DNA of 64,000 nucleotides from a candidate division WWE3 bacterium (GCA_943354835.1 CALRDH010000002.1:42270-106269), one strand, 5' to 3'. Counted from the stretch's first letter, positions 49,963 to 61,137 are shown. The notes: generated by a model from the sequence alone, not told the origin. Numbers and translations are program-made.

Positions 49963-51030
49963 TTAGTTGATGTAGTCTGCGATTTCTTTGTGTATTAAAG
50001 AATAATCATTATCTTTTGCAACAAGTGTCCAGGCGCCGCCGTAGGCGGCGCGGTCTTGCGGATTATACAAAAAATTTGTTGTATCAAGACTTAAGTTTTT
50101 AATTTCAATATTTTTATAATTCATTAAAAGATCAAATAGTATTGTAGTGTCAGAAATCGTTATATCAGTGTATATATTTCGTGTTGCGATTTCGTATAAA
50201 ACTTTTGCGGTTTTTGGATTAAACATATTTTCAGGTTTAAAAAAGTTCTTTACTACAGCACTCATTACTATTTGTTGTCTTTTGCCACGTGCATAATCAC
50301 TTCCTTCGCCATTTGTTCCTTTGCGTGACCTTGCATATTGAAGTGCTGTTTCTCCATCCATTGTTTGTAATCCTTTATCAAATTTGATACTTATTACTTC
50401 ATCTGTTCCTTTTCTGTCATTTGGATACCAATCATCAGTAAAATCGACTGGCACATCTATATCAACTCCGGAAACGGCATCAACAGCATAAACAAAAGCG
50501 TCAAAATCTACACGAATGATTCGATCAGGTCTTTGTCCTGTAACTTCTTCGACTATATCTTTCATAGCATCAGGGCCCTTTAGGTTGTAGACCGAATTTA
50601 TTTTATATGTGCCAGCCCAAACGTCTCGTGGAATGTGTGTAATAACGGCTTTTTTTCTATCGTTTGATAGTGTAATCAATTGAATAACATCTGTACGGAA
50701 ATTTGTTTGATCGCCCGTTCTTCTATCGATTCCTAGAACTAAAATGTTAAATGGTTTAGTTTTATCGTCTGGTTTATTTGCTTTTTTTGATTTTACTAAA
50801 GATGCCTTTTCATCAATTTTTGTTTTTGAAGTTTTATCGTTTTGTATTCCTTCAAATTCTTTATCATCAATAGCTGCTGTTAAATCGGATTGATCTACTA
50901 GTGGTGATTCGATTTTTGTTGATGTATTTAAATATGGCCTCGCAAAAAAATAGCCGAATGTTAGAACAGAAAGCATTAATGTCCACAGAATTATGAAATT
51001 AATTGAAGATAAACCTTTATGGGCAGTCAT
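49963..51030 (-). CDS. LytR-CpsA-Psr (LCP) family cell-envelope phosphotransferase
   Basis: An N-terminal TM helix, FNILVLGIDRR...RTDVIQLITL, and an LCP core. Confidence 0.75.
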   Translation of the reverse strand: MTAHKGLSSINFIILWTLMLSVLTFGYFFARPYLNTSTKIESPLVDQSDLTAAIDDKEFEGIQNDKTSKTKIDEKASLVKSKKANKPDDKTKPFNILVLGIDRRTGDQTNFRTDVIQLITLSNDRKKAVITHIPRDVWAGTYKINSVYNLKGPDAMKDIVEEVTGQRPDRIIRVDFDAFVYAVDAVSGVDIDVPVDFTDDWYPNDRKGTDEVISIKFDKGLQTMDGETALQYARSRKGTNGEGSDYARGKRQQIVMSAVVKNFFKPENMFNPKTAKVLYEIATRNIYTDITISDTTILFDLLMNYKNIEIKNLSLDTTNFLYNPQDRAAYGGAWTLVAKDNDYSLIHKEIADYIN

Positions 51031-51058
51031 ACTAAAATGAGTATATCAGATTATAAAG

Positions 51059-51144
51059 TGGTCCAGGGGGGTGGGTTCGAACCACCGTAGGGAAAACCCG
51101 CCAGATTTACAGTCTGGTGCGATTGACCGCTCCGCCACCCCTGG
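51059..51144 (-). tRNA. tRNA-Tyr (anticodon GTA), long variable arm
   Basis: The reverse complement gives CCAGGGG...cagaCTGTAAAtctg...GGTTCGAAC...CCCCTGG-A-CCA, with a type II variable arm. Confidence 0.8.
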
Positions 51145-51198
51145 AAGCTTTATTTAAGCATATAATGCTACGCCGAAATTATATCATTATGTTAGAAT

Positions 51199-53508
51199 TT
51201 GGTAACAATGAAGAGTTTTGTAAATCGTGCTAATTCGCTTATTCCACGTACAGGTCAAAATAAGTTTCTATACATAGTGGCGGTATTGTCCGGACTTGGT
51301 CTTATGGGGACAATTCTTGGCGCTATAACAACTATTTTTGTTTTTACTGCTTTTTCTAGCACACTTCCCTCGCCTACTAAGCTTACAAATAGACAAGTTC
51401 AAGAATCAACGAAAATTCTTGATAGAAACGGTGTTTTGTTATATTCAGTATTTCAAGATAAAGATAGAACACTTGTAAAGCTTGGAAATATTACTCCGTA
51501 TTTAATAAATGCAACATTGGCAGCGGAAGATGCAGATTTTTATTTGCATTCTGGAATTGATCCTTTGGGAATTGCTCGTAGCTTTTTAGTAACTTTAACT
51601 GGACGCGGAAAACAAGGTGGTTCAACACTTACACAACAGGTTGCTAAAAACGCACTTTTAACATCTGAAAGAACTGTATCTAGAAAAATCAAAGATGTAG
51701 TTTTAGCTTTGCAAATTGAAAAGAATTATTCAAAAGATGAGATTCTTCAAATGTATTTAAATGAAGTTCCATACGGAGGAACAACTTGGGGCGCTGAGGC
51801 AGCATCGAAAACTATTTTTGGCATAAGTGCTTCAAACCTAACATTAGCCCAGGCCGCTTTAATTGCGGGACTGCCTCAGCGCCCCACATACTATTCTCCA
51901 TTTAATGATCCAGAAATTGCTAAAAATCGTCAAAAATATGTTCTCAAATTAATGCATGAAAGAGGTTGGGTCGATCGTGATGGTGTTCATAGAAAGCTAA
52001 CCGATGAGGAATACAAGCAAGCTATTTCTGAGCCATTAATATATGCAACACTAGATACATCAATAAAAGCACCTCATTTTGTAATGTATGTATTAAAGCT
52101 TCTTCGCGAAAAATATGGAGACGCGACGGTTGATGGTGGCGGATTGAGTGTTAGAACTTCACTAGATTTAAAACTTCAAGATGAATTTCAATCTATCGTA
52201 AAAGAAGAAGTTTTAAAATCTCCAAAATTAGAATTTTCAAATGCAGGTCTTATAGCTCTTGAGCCTAAATCTCGAAATATATTAGCGATGGTTGGTTCCA
52301 TAGATTATTTCTCGAAAGAAATTGATGGACAATACAATGTAACAACAGGAAGACGTCAGCCAGGTTCTTCCTTAAAGCCTTTTACATATTTAACAGGACT
52401 TTTACAAGGTTATACAGCTTCATCTCTTATGTATGATGTCTATACTGAATTTCCTATAAAAGATGATCCATCACAAAAACCATATACACCACAAAACTAT
52501 GGAGGTTGGGGCTTTCGTGGCCCTATTCAAGTTAGGTATGCACTTGCCAACTCTGTTAACTCAACTGCTGTAAAAATGCTTGATCTTGTTGGAATTCCTA
52601 ATATGGTAAAGCTCGCCAATGATTTGGGTATTAAATCGTTGGAATATAACCCTACAAAGATTGGTCTTTCTATTGCACTTGGCGGTGGAACTGTTTCTTT
52701 ACTTGATAACACAAATGGATATGCGTCTTTAGCTGATTTGGGGTATTCCAAAGATCCAGTTGCAATTTTAGAAGTTGTCGATAGTAATGGCAAAGTTTTA
52801 GAAAAGGATGTTGATTTCGCAGGAAGACAGGTTGCTGATCCACGAGCTGTTTGGATAATTACAGATATTTTGTCAGATAATAATGCAAGAACGCAAGCTT
52901 TTGGGCCAAGATCGCAGTTATATATTCCAGGAAATAATAAAGTTGCAGTTAAAACAGGAACTTCTAATGATCTAAAAGATAACTGGACTATTGGTTTTAC
53001 ACCAGATATAACAATTGGCGTATGGGTCGGAAATAATGATGGAACTCCTATGAATATACGTTTAGCATCAGGTCTAACGGGTGCTGCACCTATTTGGAAT
53101 CGTGCAATTACTTCATACTTAAAGGATCATCCAAACCCAGAATTCCCAAAGCCAGAAGGTGTTGTTGATGCTTGGGTTGGAACTTTATCTGGAATGGTTC
53201 AGTATGAAGATAAAGAAGATCGTCGAATGGAATATTTTGTAACAGGAACAGAGCCAAAATCAAAGTCAGAAATATTTCAACGAGCTAAAATTTGTGACGA
53301 TGGCAAAATCGAAGACAGGGTATATACGGTTTATACAGCCGAGAAACCTGACTGGCAAAAATATGTTGAAGCATGGATCGATAATAAATATAAAGATGAT
53401 GAAGATGCTCGCAATTTATACAGAGGCCCAGAATACGATAAGGAACATAATTCAGATAAATTTGATTTAGAAAATTGCGAAGATAACAATGAGGACGAGA
53501 ATAATTAG
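51199..53508 (+). CDS. ponA: class A penicillin-binding protein (PBP1A: glycosyltransferase plus transpeptidase)
   Basis: GT51 motifs EDADFYLHSGID and RQQ-like. Transpeptidase motifs SSLKPF (SxxK), SVN and KTGT. Confidence 0.85.
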   Translation: MVTMKSFVNRANSLIPRTGQNKFLYIVAVLSGLGLMGTILGAITTIFVFTAFSSTLPSPTKLTNRQVQESTKILDRNGVLLYSVFQDKDRTLVKLGNITPYLINATLAAEDADFYLHSGIDPLGIARSFLVTLTGRGKQGGSTLTQQVAKNALLTSERTVSRKIKDVVLALQIEKNYSKDEILQMYLNEVPYGGTTWGAEAASKTIFGISASNLTLAQAALIAGLPQRPTYYSPFNDPEIAKNRQKYVLKLMHERGWVDRDGVHRKLTDEEYKQAISEPLIYATLDTSIKAPHFVMYVLKLLREKYGDATVDGGGLSVRTSLDLKLQDEFQSIVKEEVLKSPKLEFSNAGLIALEPKSRNILAMVGSIDYFSKEIDGQYNVTTGRRQPGSSLKPFTYLTGLLQGYTASSLMYDVYTEFPIKDDPSQKPYTPQNYGGWGFRGPIQVRYALANSVNSTAVKMLDLVGIPNMVKLANDLGIKSLEYNPTKIGLSIALGGGTVSLLDNTNGYASLADLGYSKDPVAILEVVDSNGKVLEKDVDFAGRQVADPRAVWIITDILSDNNARTQAFGPRSQLYIPGNNKVAVKTGTSNDLKDNWTIGFTPDITIGVWVGNNDGTPMNIRLASGLTGAAPIWNRAITSYLKDHPNPEFPKPEGVVDAWVGTLSGMVQYEDKEDRRMEYFVTGTEPKSKSEIFQRAKICDDGKIEDRVYTVYTAEKPDWQKYVEAWIDNKYKDDEDARNLYRGPEYDKEHNSDKFDLENCEDNNEDENN

Positions 53509-55490
53509 TCTCTTAGCTTGAATCCTTTTTTAGAAAGCATATTTACGATTTTTTCTTTTAGTTTTCCTACTGATTCTTTTGTGAGTTTATTTTCTGCATC
53601 TTCAAATATAATTTTTACAGTAATGGATATTTTATTTAAACCAAGTTTTGCATCTTCATAAAGGTCTACTATTTCTATTTGAGAAATCAATTCCTTTTCT
53701 GATTTTATGATTTCAATAATTTCACCTAGCGCTTTATTTTTTGAAACAACGAGTGAAAGCTCCTCTACTATTTTTTGAGACAGTGACGATTTTATAAGCG
53801 TTGATGGAACGTTTTGAAGATTCACAATTTCAGATATTTCATCTGTTATTAATTCGAATCCAGATTGGAATAAATTCGCAATTAGTTTTTTGTTGTAAAA
53901 ATACTTTAGGTGATTTTCTTCTGCATCATATTTGAGGCCATCGTCATTTATGCCAAGTTTATTAATGAGTGCTATAAAATCAGGTTTAACTTTTTGTTTG
54001 AATAATGTTTCAAGATTTTTATCTGTTGCATAAACTGTTTCAATTCTTCGTTCTTCGTTATATTCGCCCTGCTTTACTTTCATATATATTTTGCCGACTT
54101 CAAAAATGCCGATGTTAAGATTTCCTGCTTTTGCATTTCTTGATAAAACTGGAAGTAATGTTTCTCTTATTGTTGTCCTTAGACCGTCTAGTTCAGCATT
54201 TAACGGATTTTCAAGTTGAATTTGATTCTTTATCTCTTTTGTATATTTAACAAGTGGATTTGTAATGTGTTCTGACAAACCAATGTTTACTAAAATGTCT
54301 CTGATTTTTTCTTCAACTAGAAGAACTTTTGGCGTTGAGAAATCTGGTGGAGAAGCACTTATTCCTGTTCGTGGAATATGTTCATATCCTTTTAATCTTA
54401 GAACTTCTTCTACAAGATCCGCCTGGATTTTTACATCTGTACGATGATCTGGAATAGCAACCGTAATTATATCTTTGTTTACTCCCAAAGCCTCTTTTTG
54501 ATCTGTGATTTTAAATTCTAAGTTTTCTAAAAGTCTAATTACCTCCTCTTTCTCTAGATGAATTCCACCAAGTCTTTCAATTTCAAACACATTAAAATCA
54601 ATTGTTTTAAGTGGTTCATTGTTTTCGTAGTGATCCTCAATTTGAACTACAACTCCAGAGCAAAGTTGTTGTATTAAAAGTGTTGCGCGTCTTATCGCAA
54701 CTTCAACCATTTCAGGATTTAAGAATTTTTCATGTCTTAATGATGCTTCGGTTCTAATTCCATGTCTAAGCGCGGTTCTTCTTACAGTTGCATGGTCGTA
54801 TACTGCGGCTTCAAGTAAAATTTCTGAAGTATTCGCATCAATATCTGAATTTGCTCCGCCTATTATGCCTGCAATTGCCACTGGTTTTTTTGAATCAGCG
54901 ACAACAATATCTTCTGTTGTTAGATTTATTTTTGTTTTTTGCCAGGTTTCAAAACTTTCCTCATCGGCTGCGTGTCTAATAGTTAAGAGAGAGTGCCCTT
55001 TTGATTTGTCTAATTTTTTGACATCAAATGCATGTAGTGGAATTCCATATTCAAGCATTACATAGTTTGTAATATCCACTAAATTGTTTTTTGTAGAAAT
55101 TCCATATGCATTTAACGCGTTAATAATATATTCGGGCGATTTTTTGATGTGAATATTTTTTATTTGAACAGTACAGAATCTTTTCACGCTATTTTTTGAT
55201 TGAACGCTTAAGTTTTCTTTTGGAGTTCCCCAATTTGTGTCAAATTCTTGAGTGATTTCAGGATAATTTACTTTTTTCCCAAGGTACGCTGCGTATTCTC
55301 TTGCGACTCCAATAATTGACAACATGTCCGAACGGTTTTGTCTAATTTCTAAATCTATAACTTTGTCATTTTCAATATCTTTAATTGGACCATCTTGCAT
55401 AAATTCAAGACCGGTCATGATATCGCCAAATTCCTTTGGTGTGTGTTCAAGTTTTATATATTTTTCAAGCCAGCTTAATGGTACTTTCAT
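53505..55490 (-). CDS. pheT: phenylalanine--tRNA ligase beta subunit (short form lacking the N-terminal tRNA-binding domain)
   Basis: Directly downstream of pheS. B3/B4 and B5 domains with a C-terminal FDX-ACB-like region. 661 aa. Confidence 0.8.
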   Translation of the reverse strand: MKVPLSWLEKYIKLEHTPKEFGDIMTGLEFMQDGPIKDIENDKVIDLEIRQNRSDMLSIIGVAREYAAYLGKKVNYPEITQEFDTNWGTPKENLSVQSKNSVKRFCTVQIKNIHIKKSPEYIINALNAYGISTKNNLVDITNYVMLEYGIPLHAFDVKKLDKSKGHSLLTIRHAADEESFETWQKTKINLTTEDIVVADSKKPVAIAGIIGGANSDIDANTSEILLEAAVYDHATVRRTALRHGIRTEASLRHEKFLNPEMVEVAIRRATLLIQQLCSGVVVQIEDHYENNEPLKTIDFNVFEIERLGGIHLEKEEVIRLLENLEFKITDQKEALGVNKDIITVAIPDHRTDVKIQADLVEEVLRLKGYEHIPRTGISASPPDFSTPKVLLVEEKIRDILVNIGLSEHITNPLVKYTKEIKNQIQLENPLNAELDGLRTTIRETLLPVLSRNAKAGNLNIGIFEVGKIYMKVKQGEYNEERRIETVYATDKNLETLFKQKVKPDFIALINKLGINDDGLKYDAEENHLKYFYNKKLIANLFQSGFELITDEISEIVNLQNVPSTLIKSSLSQKIVEELSLVVSKNKALGEIIEIIKSEKELISQIEIVDLYEDAKLGLNKISITVKIIFEDAENKLTKESVGKLKEKIVNMLSKKGFKLRD

Positions 55491-55501
55491 GTTTTTTTCA
55501 A

Positions 55502-56503
55502 CTATACGTAAACAATATTTCCATTTATCAAAAGTCTTATATCGCGAATTTTGAATCTTTGCATTGCAATTCTATCGAGACCCCATCCGAATGCAAAACC
55601 TGAATATTCATTTGTATCAATGCCAGCTTCTTTAAGTGTATTAGGGTGTATCATTCCGCCTCCGGCAATTTCAATCCAACCTCTAAATTTACATATTTCA
55701 CAACCAGCACCAACACAAAATTTACATTCAATATCGGGGCTTAGTCCAGGCTCAACTTCTGGATAGTATTTTGCCCTAAATCGTATTTTTGTATCTTCAC
55801 CAAGTATAAATTTTAGTGACTTTGTAAAAATCCATTTTAGATTTGCCATTGTTATATTCTTATCTACGCAAACGCCTTGGAATTGATGGAATATTGCGCC
55901 ATTACTTTTGCTTCCCGTTTCGTTTCGGAATGCCTTTCCTCCGTTTACAAATCTAATTGGTGGTTTTGTGTTTTTTAAAATGCGAGCTTCTATACTTGAT
56001 GTTTGAGTGCGAAGCAAATGTTCTGGTTCTAGAATATATAAAGTATCTTGTAATTCACGGGCTGGATGATCTTTTGGAACTCCCATCATTTCAAAATTAT
56101 AGTAATCGCTTTCAATTTCAGGGCCATCTTGTACAGAAAATCCATAATAATGGAAAAATTGATAGAGTTCTCTTGTTACGATAGTTACGGGATGAAGATT
56201 TCCAATCTTTGTTGGATTTACAGGATAAGTTAAATCGAATTTTTCAGAACTAGTGTTATCTGATGTGTCTTTTTTATTTTTAATTTCAGATTCGACTAAA
56301 GATTTAAAGGTATTAAGGTCTTTTGATACATCTTTTTTTATGTCTGATGAGAGATCTCTTATACCGGCAAAAAGGGTATTAACAATACCCTTTTTGCCCA
56401 AGTATTTTACATAAATGGAATCAATATCTAAATCCTCAAGGTCCTTTTTGAACTCTTTAATATAGGTGTCTATTGCAGGATTTTCTTTATTTGTGTTCAC
56501 CAT
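55502..56503 (-). CDS. pheS: phenylalanine--tRNA ligase alpha subunit
   Basis: Class II motifs FRNETGSKSNGAIFHQFQG and GFAFGWGLDRIAM. Confidence 0.85.
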   Translation of the reverse strand: MVNTNKENPAIDTYIKEFKKDLEDLDIDSIYVKYLGKKGIVNTLFAGIRDLSSDIKKDVSKDLNTFKSLVESEIKNKKDTSDNTSSEKFDLTYPVNPTKIGNLHPVTIVTRELYQFFHYYGFSVQDGPEIESDYYNFEMMGVPKDHPARELQDTLYILEPEHLLRTQTSSIEARILKNTKPPIRFVNGGKAFRNETGSKSNGAIFHQFQGVCVDKNITMANLKWIFTKSLKFILGEDTKIRFRAKYYPEVEPGLSPDIECKFCVGAGCEICKFRGWIEIAGGGMIHPNTLKEAGIDTNEYSGFAFGWGLDRIAMQRFKIRDIRLLINGNIVYV

Positions 56504-56519
56504 GAAAAGCGTTGTCCTA

Positions 56520-56867
56520 TTACTCTGTTACTTTTTTTACGACTTTTTCAAAAGCTTTCGGATATGAAACTGCTAATTCAGATAAAATCTTTCTGTCTAA
56601 TATTATCTTGCTTGCGTTTAGATTTTTGATAAATAAAGAATATCTGGTATTGAAAGCTTTTAGTCCGGCATTTATTCGGATTATCCATAATTGCTTCATA
56701 TCTCTTTTTCGAAGTTTGCGTCCTTTAAAAGCATGTTCGCCTGAACGAATAAATGCCTCTTCTGCTCTTCTAAAAAGCTTGCTTCTTGTTCCCCAAAAGC
56801 CTTTGTTTGCATCTAATATCTTTTTGTGTCGTCTGCGTCTTACAACGCCAGTTTTTGCTCGTGGCAT
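56520..56867 (-). CDS. rplT: 50S ribosomal protein L20
   Basis: MPRAKTGVVRRRRHKKIL... Confidence 0.9.
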   Translation of the reverse strand: MPRAKTGVVRRRRHKKILDANKGFWGTRSKLFRRAEEAFIRSGEHAFKGRKLRKRDMKQLWIIRINAGLKAFNTRYSLFIKNLNASKIILDRKILSELAVSYPKAFEKVVKKVTE

Positions 56868-56886
56868 AATTTATTATTGACTAATT

Positions 56887-57090
56887 TTATACTTTTAACA
56901 TCTTCAAGAACTTCTTTTTGAATTTTCCTTTGATTGTTTCAATACCTTTTTTTCTGTTTTTTGTACTAGAGTCATCTTTTCTACCTAAATGTGTAGTTTT
57001 GCTGTGTTCTCTTAATACCTTCCCTGTTTTTGAAAGTTTAAATCTTTTAACTACGACTTTTCTTGTTTTCATTTTTTGTTTTTTTGCCAT
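56887..57090 (-). CDS. rpmI: 50S ribosomal protein L35
   Basis: MAKKQKMKTRKVVVKRFKLSKTGKV..., 67 aa. Confidence 0.85.
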   Translation of the reverse strand: MAKKQKMKTRKVVVKRFKLSKTGKVLREHSKTTHLGRKDDSSTKNRKKGIETIKGKFKKKFLKMLKV

Positions 57091-57097
57091 TTTATTT

Positions 57098-57598
57098 TTA
57101 TTTAGATACCGGCATGAATGTTACAGTCATAAGTTGTCCAAGCATTTGCATTGGTCTTTCAACTTTTCCTACTCCATTCAGCTCTGACTCTATTATTTTA
57201 ATCTTAATTTCGCCACGTTCTGGGTAAGTTGCTTCCCTACCCTTGAATTTCACAGTGTATTTTACCATATTACCGTCTTCTAGAAATTCTTTTCCGCGTC
57301 TAATACGAACATTCAAATCCCCTTCACTTATATTCGGAGACATTGTGAATTCTTTTAATTCAGTCTTTTTGGTTTTTGTTTTTTTGAGTTTACCTTTTTG
57401 TTCGTAGATATACTTGTTGTAGTCTACTATTTTACAAACTGGTGGAACCGCAAATCCTGAAACCTCTAAAAGATCGAGGCCGGCATCTTTTGCCATTTTG
57501 ATTGCCTCGTCACGAGATTTCACACCAACATTTTCTCCGTTTTGATCAATAAGCCTTACTTCTTTCGAGCTTATCTTTTCATTAAGTTTTAGATACAA
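57098..57598 (-). CDS. infC: translation initiation factor IF-3
   Basis: EVRLIDQNGENVGV...AGLDLLEVS...PVCKIVDY. Confidence 0.85.
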   Translation of the reverse strand: MYLKLNEKISSKEVRLIDQNGENVGVKSRDEAIKMAKDAGLDLLEVSGFAVPPVCKIVDYNKYIYEQKGKLKKTKTKKTELKEFTMSPNISEGDLNVRIRRGKEFLEDGNMVKYTVKFKGREATYPERGEIKIKIIESELNGVGKVERPMQMLGQLMTVTFMPVSK

Positions 57599-57615
57599 CC
57601 GAAAACCCTTTCAAA

Positions 57616-59412
57616 TCAAATATTAACTTCAAGCGATTTCGTCATTATATTGGTTTTTATAGTACTAGTAAAGGTTTTTAAATCAACATTATTTTTTTGT
57701 TTACCTTCCCTTGTTCTTATTGAAACCGTTTGTGCCTCTGCTTCCTTTTCGCCAATGATTAACATATATGGAACCTTCTGTTCTTGTGCCTTCCTAATCT
57801 TATTTCCCATAGTTTCGGAAGTTAAGTCAGATTCTGTACGTATATCTTCCATATTTAATACTGATTCAATCTTTTTTGCATAGTCAAAAGATTTCTCGGA
57901 AATGGCTATAATCATAACTTGAACCGGAGAAAGCCAAACCGGAAAGGCTCCGCCAGTGCTTTCAATCAGATTTGCAATAAACCTTCCATATGATCCTAGT
58001 ATTGCTCTATGCATCATAACAGGAGTTTTTTCGGCACCATTTTCGTCTATGTAAGTAAGCTCAAATCTTTTTGGCATTGCAAAATCAACTTGAACAGTCG
58101 CTAATTGTCTATCGTTTCCTTGAACATCTTTTAACATGAAATCTATCTTTGGTCCGTAAAGTGCTGCTTCTCCAATCATTACTTTTGCATTTAGTTTTAG
58201 CTCATCAGAAATTTGTTGCAACATAGATTCAGCTTTTTTCCAGTCAGCTACTTCACCAATATATTTTTCTGGAGTATTTGGGTTACTAAATGAAAGTGAT
58301 ATCCAATGTTTTCCCCACATGCCAAGGCCAGTATAAAATTCCTCTACGATTTTTATCGTATTTATTATTTCTTGTTTTATTTGGTCGGGTGTACAAAAAG
58401 TGTGCCCGTCATCTATTTCAAATGATCTTGTTCTATTTAAACCACCAATTGCGCCTGGTTTTTCATCTCGGTGTTGTTGAGTTGATTCTATATACCTAAT
58501 TGGCAAATCCCTATAGCTTCTTGGTTTTGAAGCGTAAATTTGCGTGTGATGAGGGCAATTTACAGGTTTTAGCACAAACTCTTCATCGTAGTGGCTTGTT
58601 ACTTTAAAAAGCTCGTCTGAGAATTTCTGCGCATGCCCTGATATTTTATATAGGTCTATTTTGGCAAGGTGTGGAATATTAACTTCTTGTACGCCGTACT
58701 TTTTGCTCATTTTAACAAGTGCGTTTTTAAGTTCATTTTTGATTATTGTGCCTTTTGGTGTGTACATAACAAAGCCTTTACCGACAAGGTCTGAAAACGC
58801 AAAAAGATCAAGTTTTTTTCCTAATACTCTGTGATCATTTGCTAATTGTTTTTCTCTTTCTTCTATATAGGCATCTAAATCTTTCTGCGTTTCAAATGCC
58901 GTTCCATATATTCTTGTTAGCATTTCATTTTTTTCGCTACCTCTCCAATAGGCTCCAGCGATTGAAAGTAATTTAAAAGCACCAACTTCAGATGTTTTTG
59001 TAACATGAGGTCCTGCACATAGGTCTACGAATACATCTTCGCCCTTCTCTGGATCGCCTGTGTAATAAATCGAAAGAGTTTTCCCTTCTGCCAAAAATTC
59101 ATCTATAAACTCTTGTTTAAACGGATTATCTTTAAATAGTTCTCTTGCTTTGCTTTCTGATATTTCTTTATAAATGAATGGCAAATTCGCATCAATGATT
59201 TTTTGCATTTCTGCTTCTATCTTTGGAAAATCTTCTTCTGTAATTTTGTAACCCCATCTAGAATCGTTGTAAAAACCGGTATCAATAGCTGGTCCCATTG
59301 CTCTAAGGACTTGATTTGGGAAAACAGACTCCACTGCTTGATTAAAAATATGCTCGGCAGAGTGGCGTATTTTGTCTAGTTTGTTAAATTTATCTATATC
59401 TTTATCTTTCAT
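57616..59412 (-). CDS. thrS: threonine--tRNA ligase
   Basis: HRAILGSYGRFIANLIE...FPVWLSPVQV, class II motifs, and a C-terminal anticodon-binding domain. Confidence 0.85.
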   Translation of the reverse strand: MKDKDIDKFNKLDKIRHSAEHIFNQAVESVFPNQVLRAMGPAIDTGFYNDSRWGYKITEEDFPKIEAEMQKIIDANLPFIYKEISESKARELFKDNPFKQEFIDEFLAEGKTLSIYYTGDPEKGEDVFVDLCAGPHVTKTSEVGAFKLLSIAGAYWRGSEKNEMLTRIYGTAFETQKDLDAYIEEREKQLANDHRVLGKKLDLFAFSDLVGKGFVMYTPKGTIIKNELKNALVKMSKKYGVQEVNIPHLAKIDLYKISGHAQKFSDELFKVTSHYDEEFVLKPVNCPHHTQIYASKPRSYRDLPIRYIESTQQHRDEKPGAIGGLNRTRSFEIDDGHTFCTPDQIKQEIINTIKIVEEFYTGLGMWGKHWISLSFSNPNTPEKYIGEVADWKKAESMLQQISDELKLNAKVMIGEAALYGPKIDFMLKDVQGNDRQLATVQVDFAMPKRFELTYIDENGAEKTPVMMHRAILGSYGRFIANLIESTGGAFPVWLSPVQVMIIAISEKSFDYAKKIESVLNMEDIRTESDLTSETMGNKIRKAQEQKVPYMLIIGEKEAEAQTVSIRTREGKQKNNVDLKTFTSTIKTNIMTKSLEVNI

Positions 59413-59471
59413 TTTTTATATTATATACGAAAAAATTATACTTTTGGTTGTTTTACGAAAATATGTACCCC

Positions 59472-59849
59472 TTAAGGGGTTTGTGTTTTTGTTGAAAGCA
59501 TTGACTTGATTTCTTCTAGAGCTTTTGTTGAATTCATTTGATGTTCTTTTAGCATTTTTATTTCATCCATTACGTTTTGTGTGATATTAACGTCTTCCTT
59601 TACCAATTTCCTGTCGCTTTCGCGATGTGACATGTCTTTCTTTTCTTTTTCTTCTTCTTGTCTATATTCAGCCATTAAAATTAAAATACCAATGTAAATT
59701 GCTTCAATCGAAACGAAAGTCGTAAAAAATAATAAATCATGAGACAGAATTAGTATTATTATAAAAAGCACTGTGTGCCCTATTATTGAGTACCAAGACC
59801 CAAAAAGTGCAATTATTAATTTATTGAATAGTCCAGAATGTTGATTCAT
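59472..59849 (-). CDS. small membrane protein (DUF1003-like)
   Basis: Two TM helices and a charged C-terminal tail. 125 aa. Confidence 0.4.
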   Translation of the reverse strand: MNQHSGLFNKLIIALFGSWYSIIGHTVLFIIILILSHDLLFFTTFVSIEAIYIGILILMAEYRQEEEKEKKDMSHRESDRKLVKEDVNITQNVMDEIKMLKEHQMNSTKALEEIKSMLSTKTQTP

Positions 59850-59973
59850 TTTGTAGTGTCTAATCTTTTGACAAGATCATTGTATGCCTTTAGAGTGTTA
59901 ACAGCAATCCAGCAATTTGTCCAGAAATATCATCAAGTGGGAAAGACACTCCATAATTTATTATTATAGCCTT

Positions 59974-61053
59974 TTACAAATAATCCGTTTTTCCCTCAAG
60001 TTCGAGTTCTTTAAGAAATTGTTTTATTTTCCCATTATCATCTTTGTGGAAAATTGCTACAACATCCTCAGTATTTATGACAATCATATCTTTTAACCTT
60101 ATTGTTGCGATTAATTTTTTAGGTTCATAGTTATAGATTAAAGTTCCATTTGAATCCATGTCTTTCACATTGCCTTTGGTAACGACGGATTCTGCTGATT
60201 CAGCTAGTGTTTCATGTAGTGATATCCATTCTCCTACGTCGCTCCAACCCATATCGACTTTTAGGACTATTGCTTCATCCTTATTAATGTTTTCTGATAT
60301 GACGTAATCGAAACTTATTTTTTCTAGTACACTAAAAAGTCTAAGTGAGTTATCTGAAAAACCTTGTGAGGCAATCTCCATTATTGTTTTATATACCTCA
60401 GGAGCAAAGGTTTTGTATTTATCCATAATTAGGTTTGGTTTTGAGACAAAGTAACCAGGGTTCCAACTATAATCACCGGATTTTAGGTATTGTTGCGCTA
60501 CTTCAAGTGTTGGTTTTTCAACAAATCTTAAAAATTCACAAATTACTATTTTTCCGGCATTATCAACAGTTTTTATTTTTTTTCCGTATTTTATATATCC
60601 TCGGTGTGGGCTTGCCATTCTTGGAGGTACGCCAATTATTACTATTTTGTCACTTGTTTTAGCCAGCTTTTCAGCAGATTTTAGTGCTAAGTTAAAGATT
60701 GCGGGATCTTTTATAAAATGGTCAGCCCATTGAGTGGAAACAATTTCATTTGGATGTTTTGCGTTTACATAAGCTATAGCAAGTGCGACCGCAGGTCCCG
60801 TATCTCTCATATCTGGCTCAAATATAAAGTTTTCTTTTGGCAATTCAGGAATAATCTTCTCCGCTTCGTTTTTATATGCGATACCAGTACTTAAGAATAT
60901 GTCTTCTGCTTTAAATCCTCTTAATAAATATTCAAATTTTACCCTAATTAAAGGTTTATTTTCTATAATTGATTGAAATTGTTTTGGAGATTTTTTTCTA
61001 CTTGCTGGCCAAAATCTAGTCCCGGTTCCTCCTGCGAATATTATATGTTTCAT
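59974..61053 (-). CDS. mannose-1-phosphate guanylyltransferase-like sugar nucleotidyltransferase
   Basis: N-terminal IIFAGGTGTRFWPASR (G-x-G-x-R nucleotide-binding loop). 359 aa. Confidence 0.75.
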   Translation of the reverse strand: MKHIIFAGGTGTRFWPASRKKSPKQFQSIIENKPLIRVKFEYLLRGFKAEDIFLSTGIAYKNEAEKIIPELPKENFIFEPDMRDTGPAVALAIAYVNAKHPNEIVSTQWADHFIKDPAIFNLALKSAEKLAKTSDKIVIIGVPPRMASPHRGYIKYGKKIKTVDNAGKIVICEFLRFVEKPTLEVAQQYLKSGDYSWNPGYFVSKPNLIMDKYKTFAPEVYKTIMEIASQGFSDNSLRLFSVLEKISFDYVISENINKDEAIVLKVDMGWSDVGEWISLHETLAESAESVVTKGNVKDMDSNGTLIYNYEPKKLIATIRLKDMIVINTEDVVAIFHKDDNGKIKQFLKELELEGKTDYL

Positions 61054-61137
61054 ATTAAAATTTTAACTCCTTTAATTCTTTTTCTATACAAGTAGCTTAA
61101 AAAATAAACTGTATTCCGATCTTACTTTTAAGTTTTC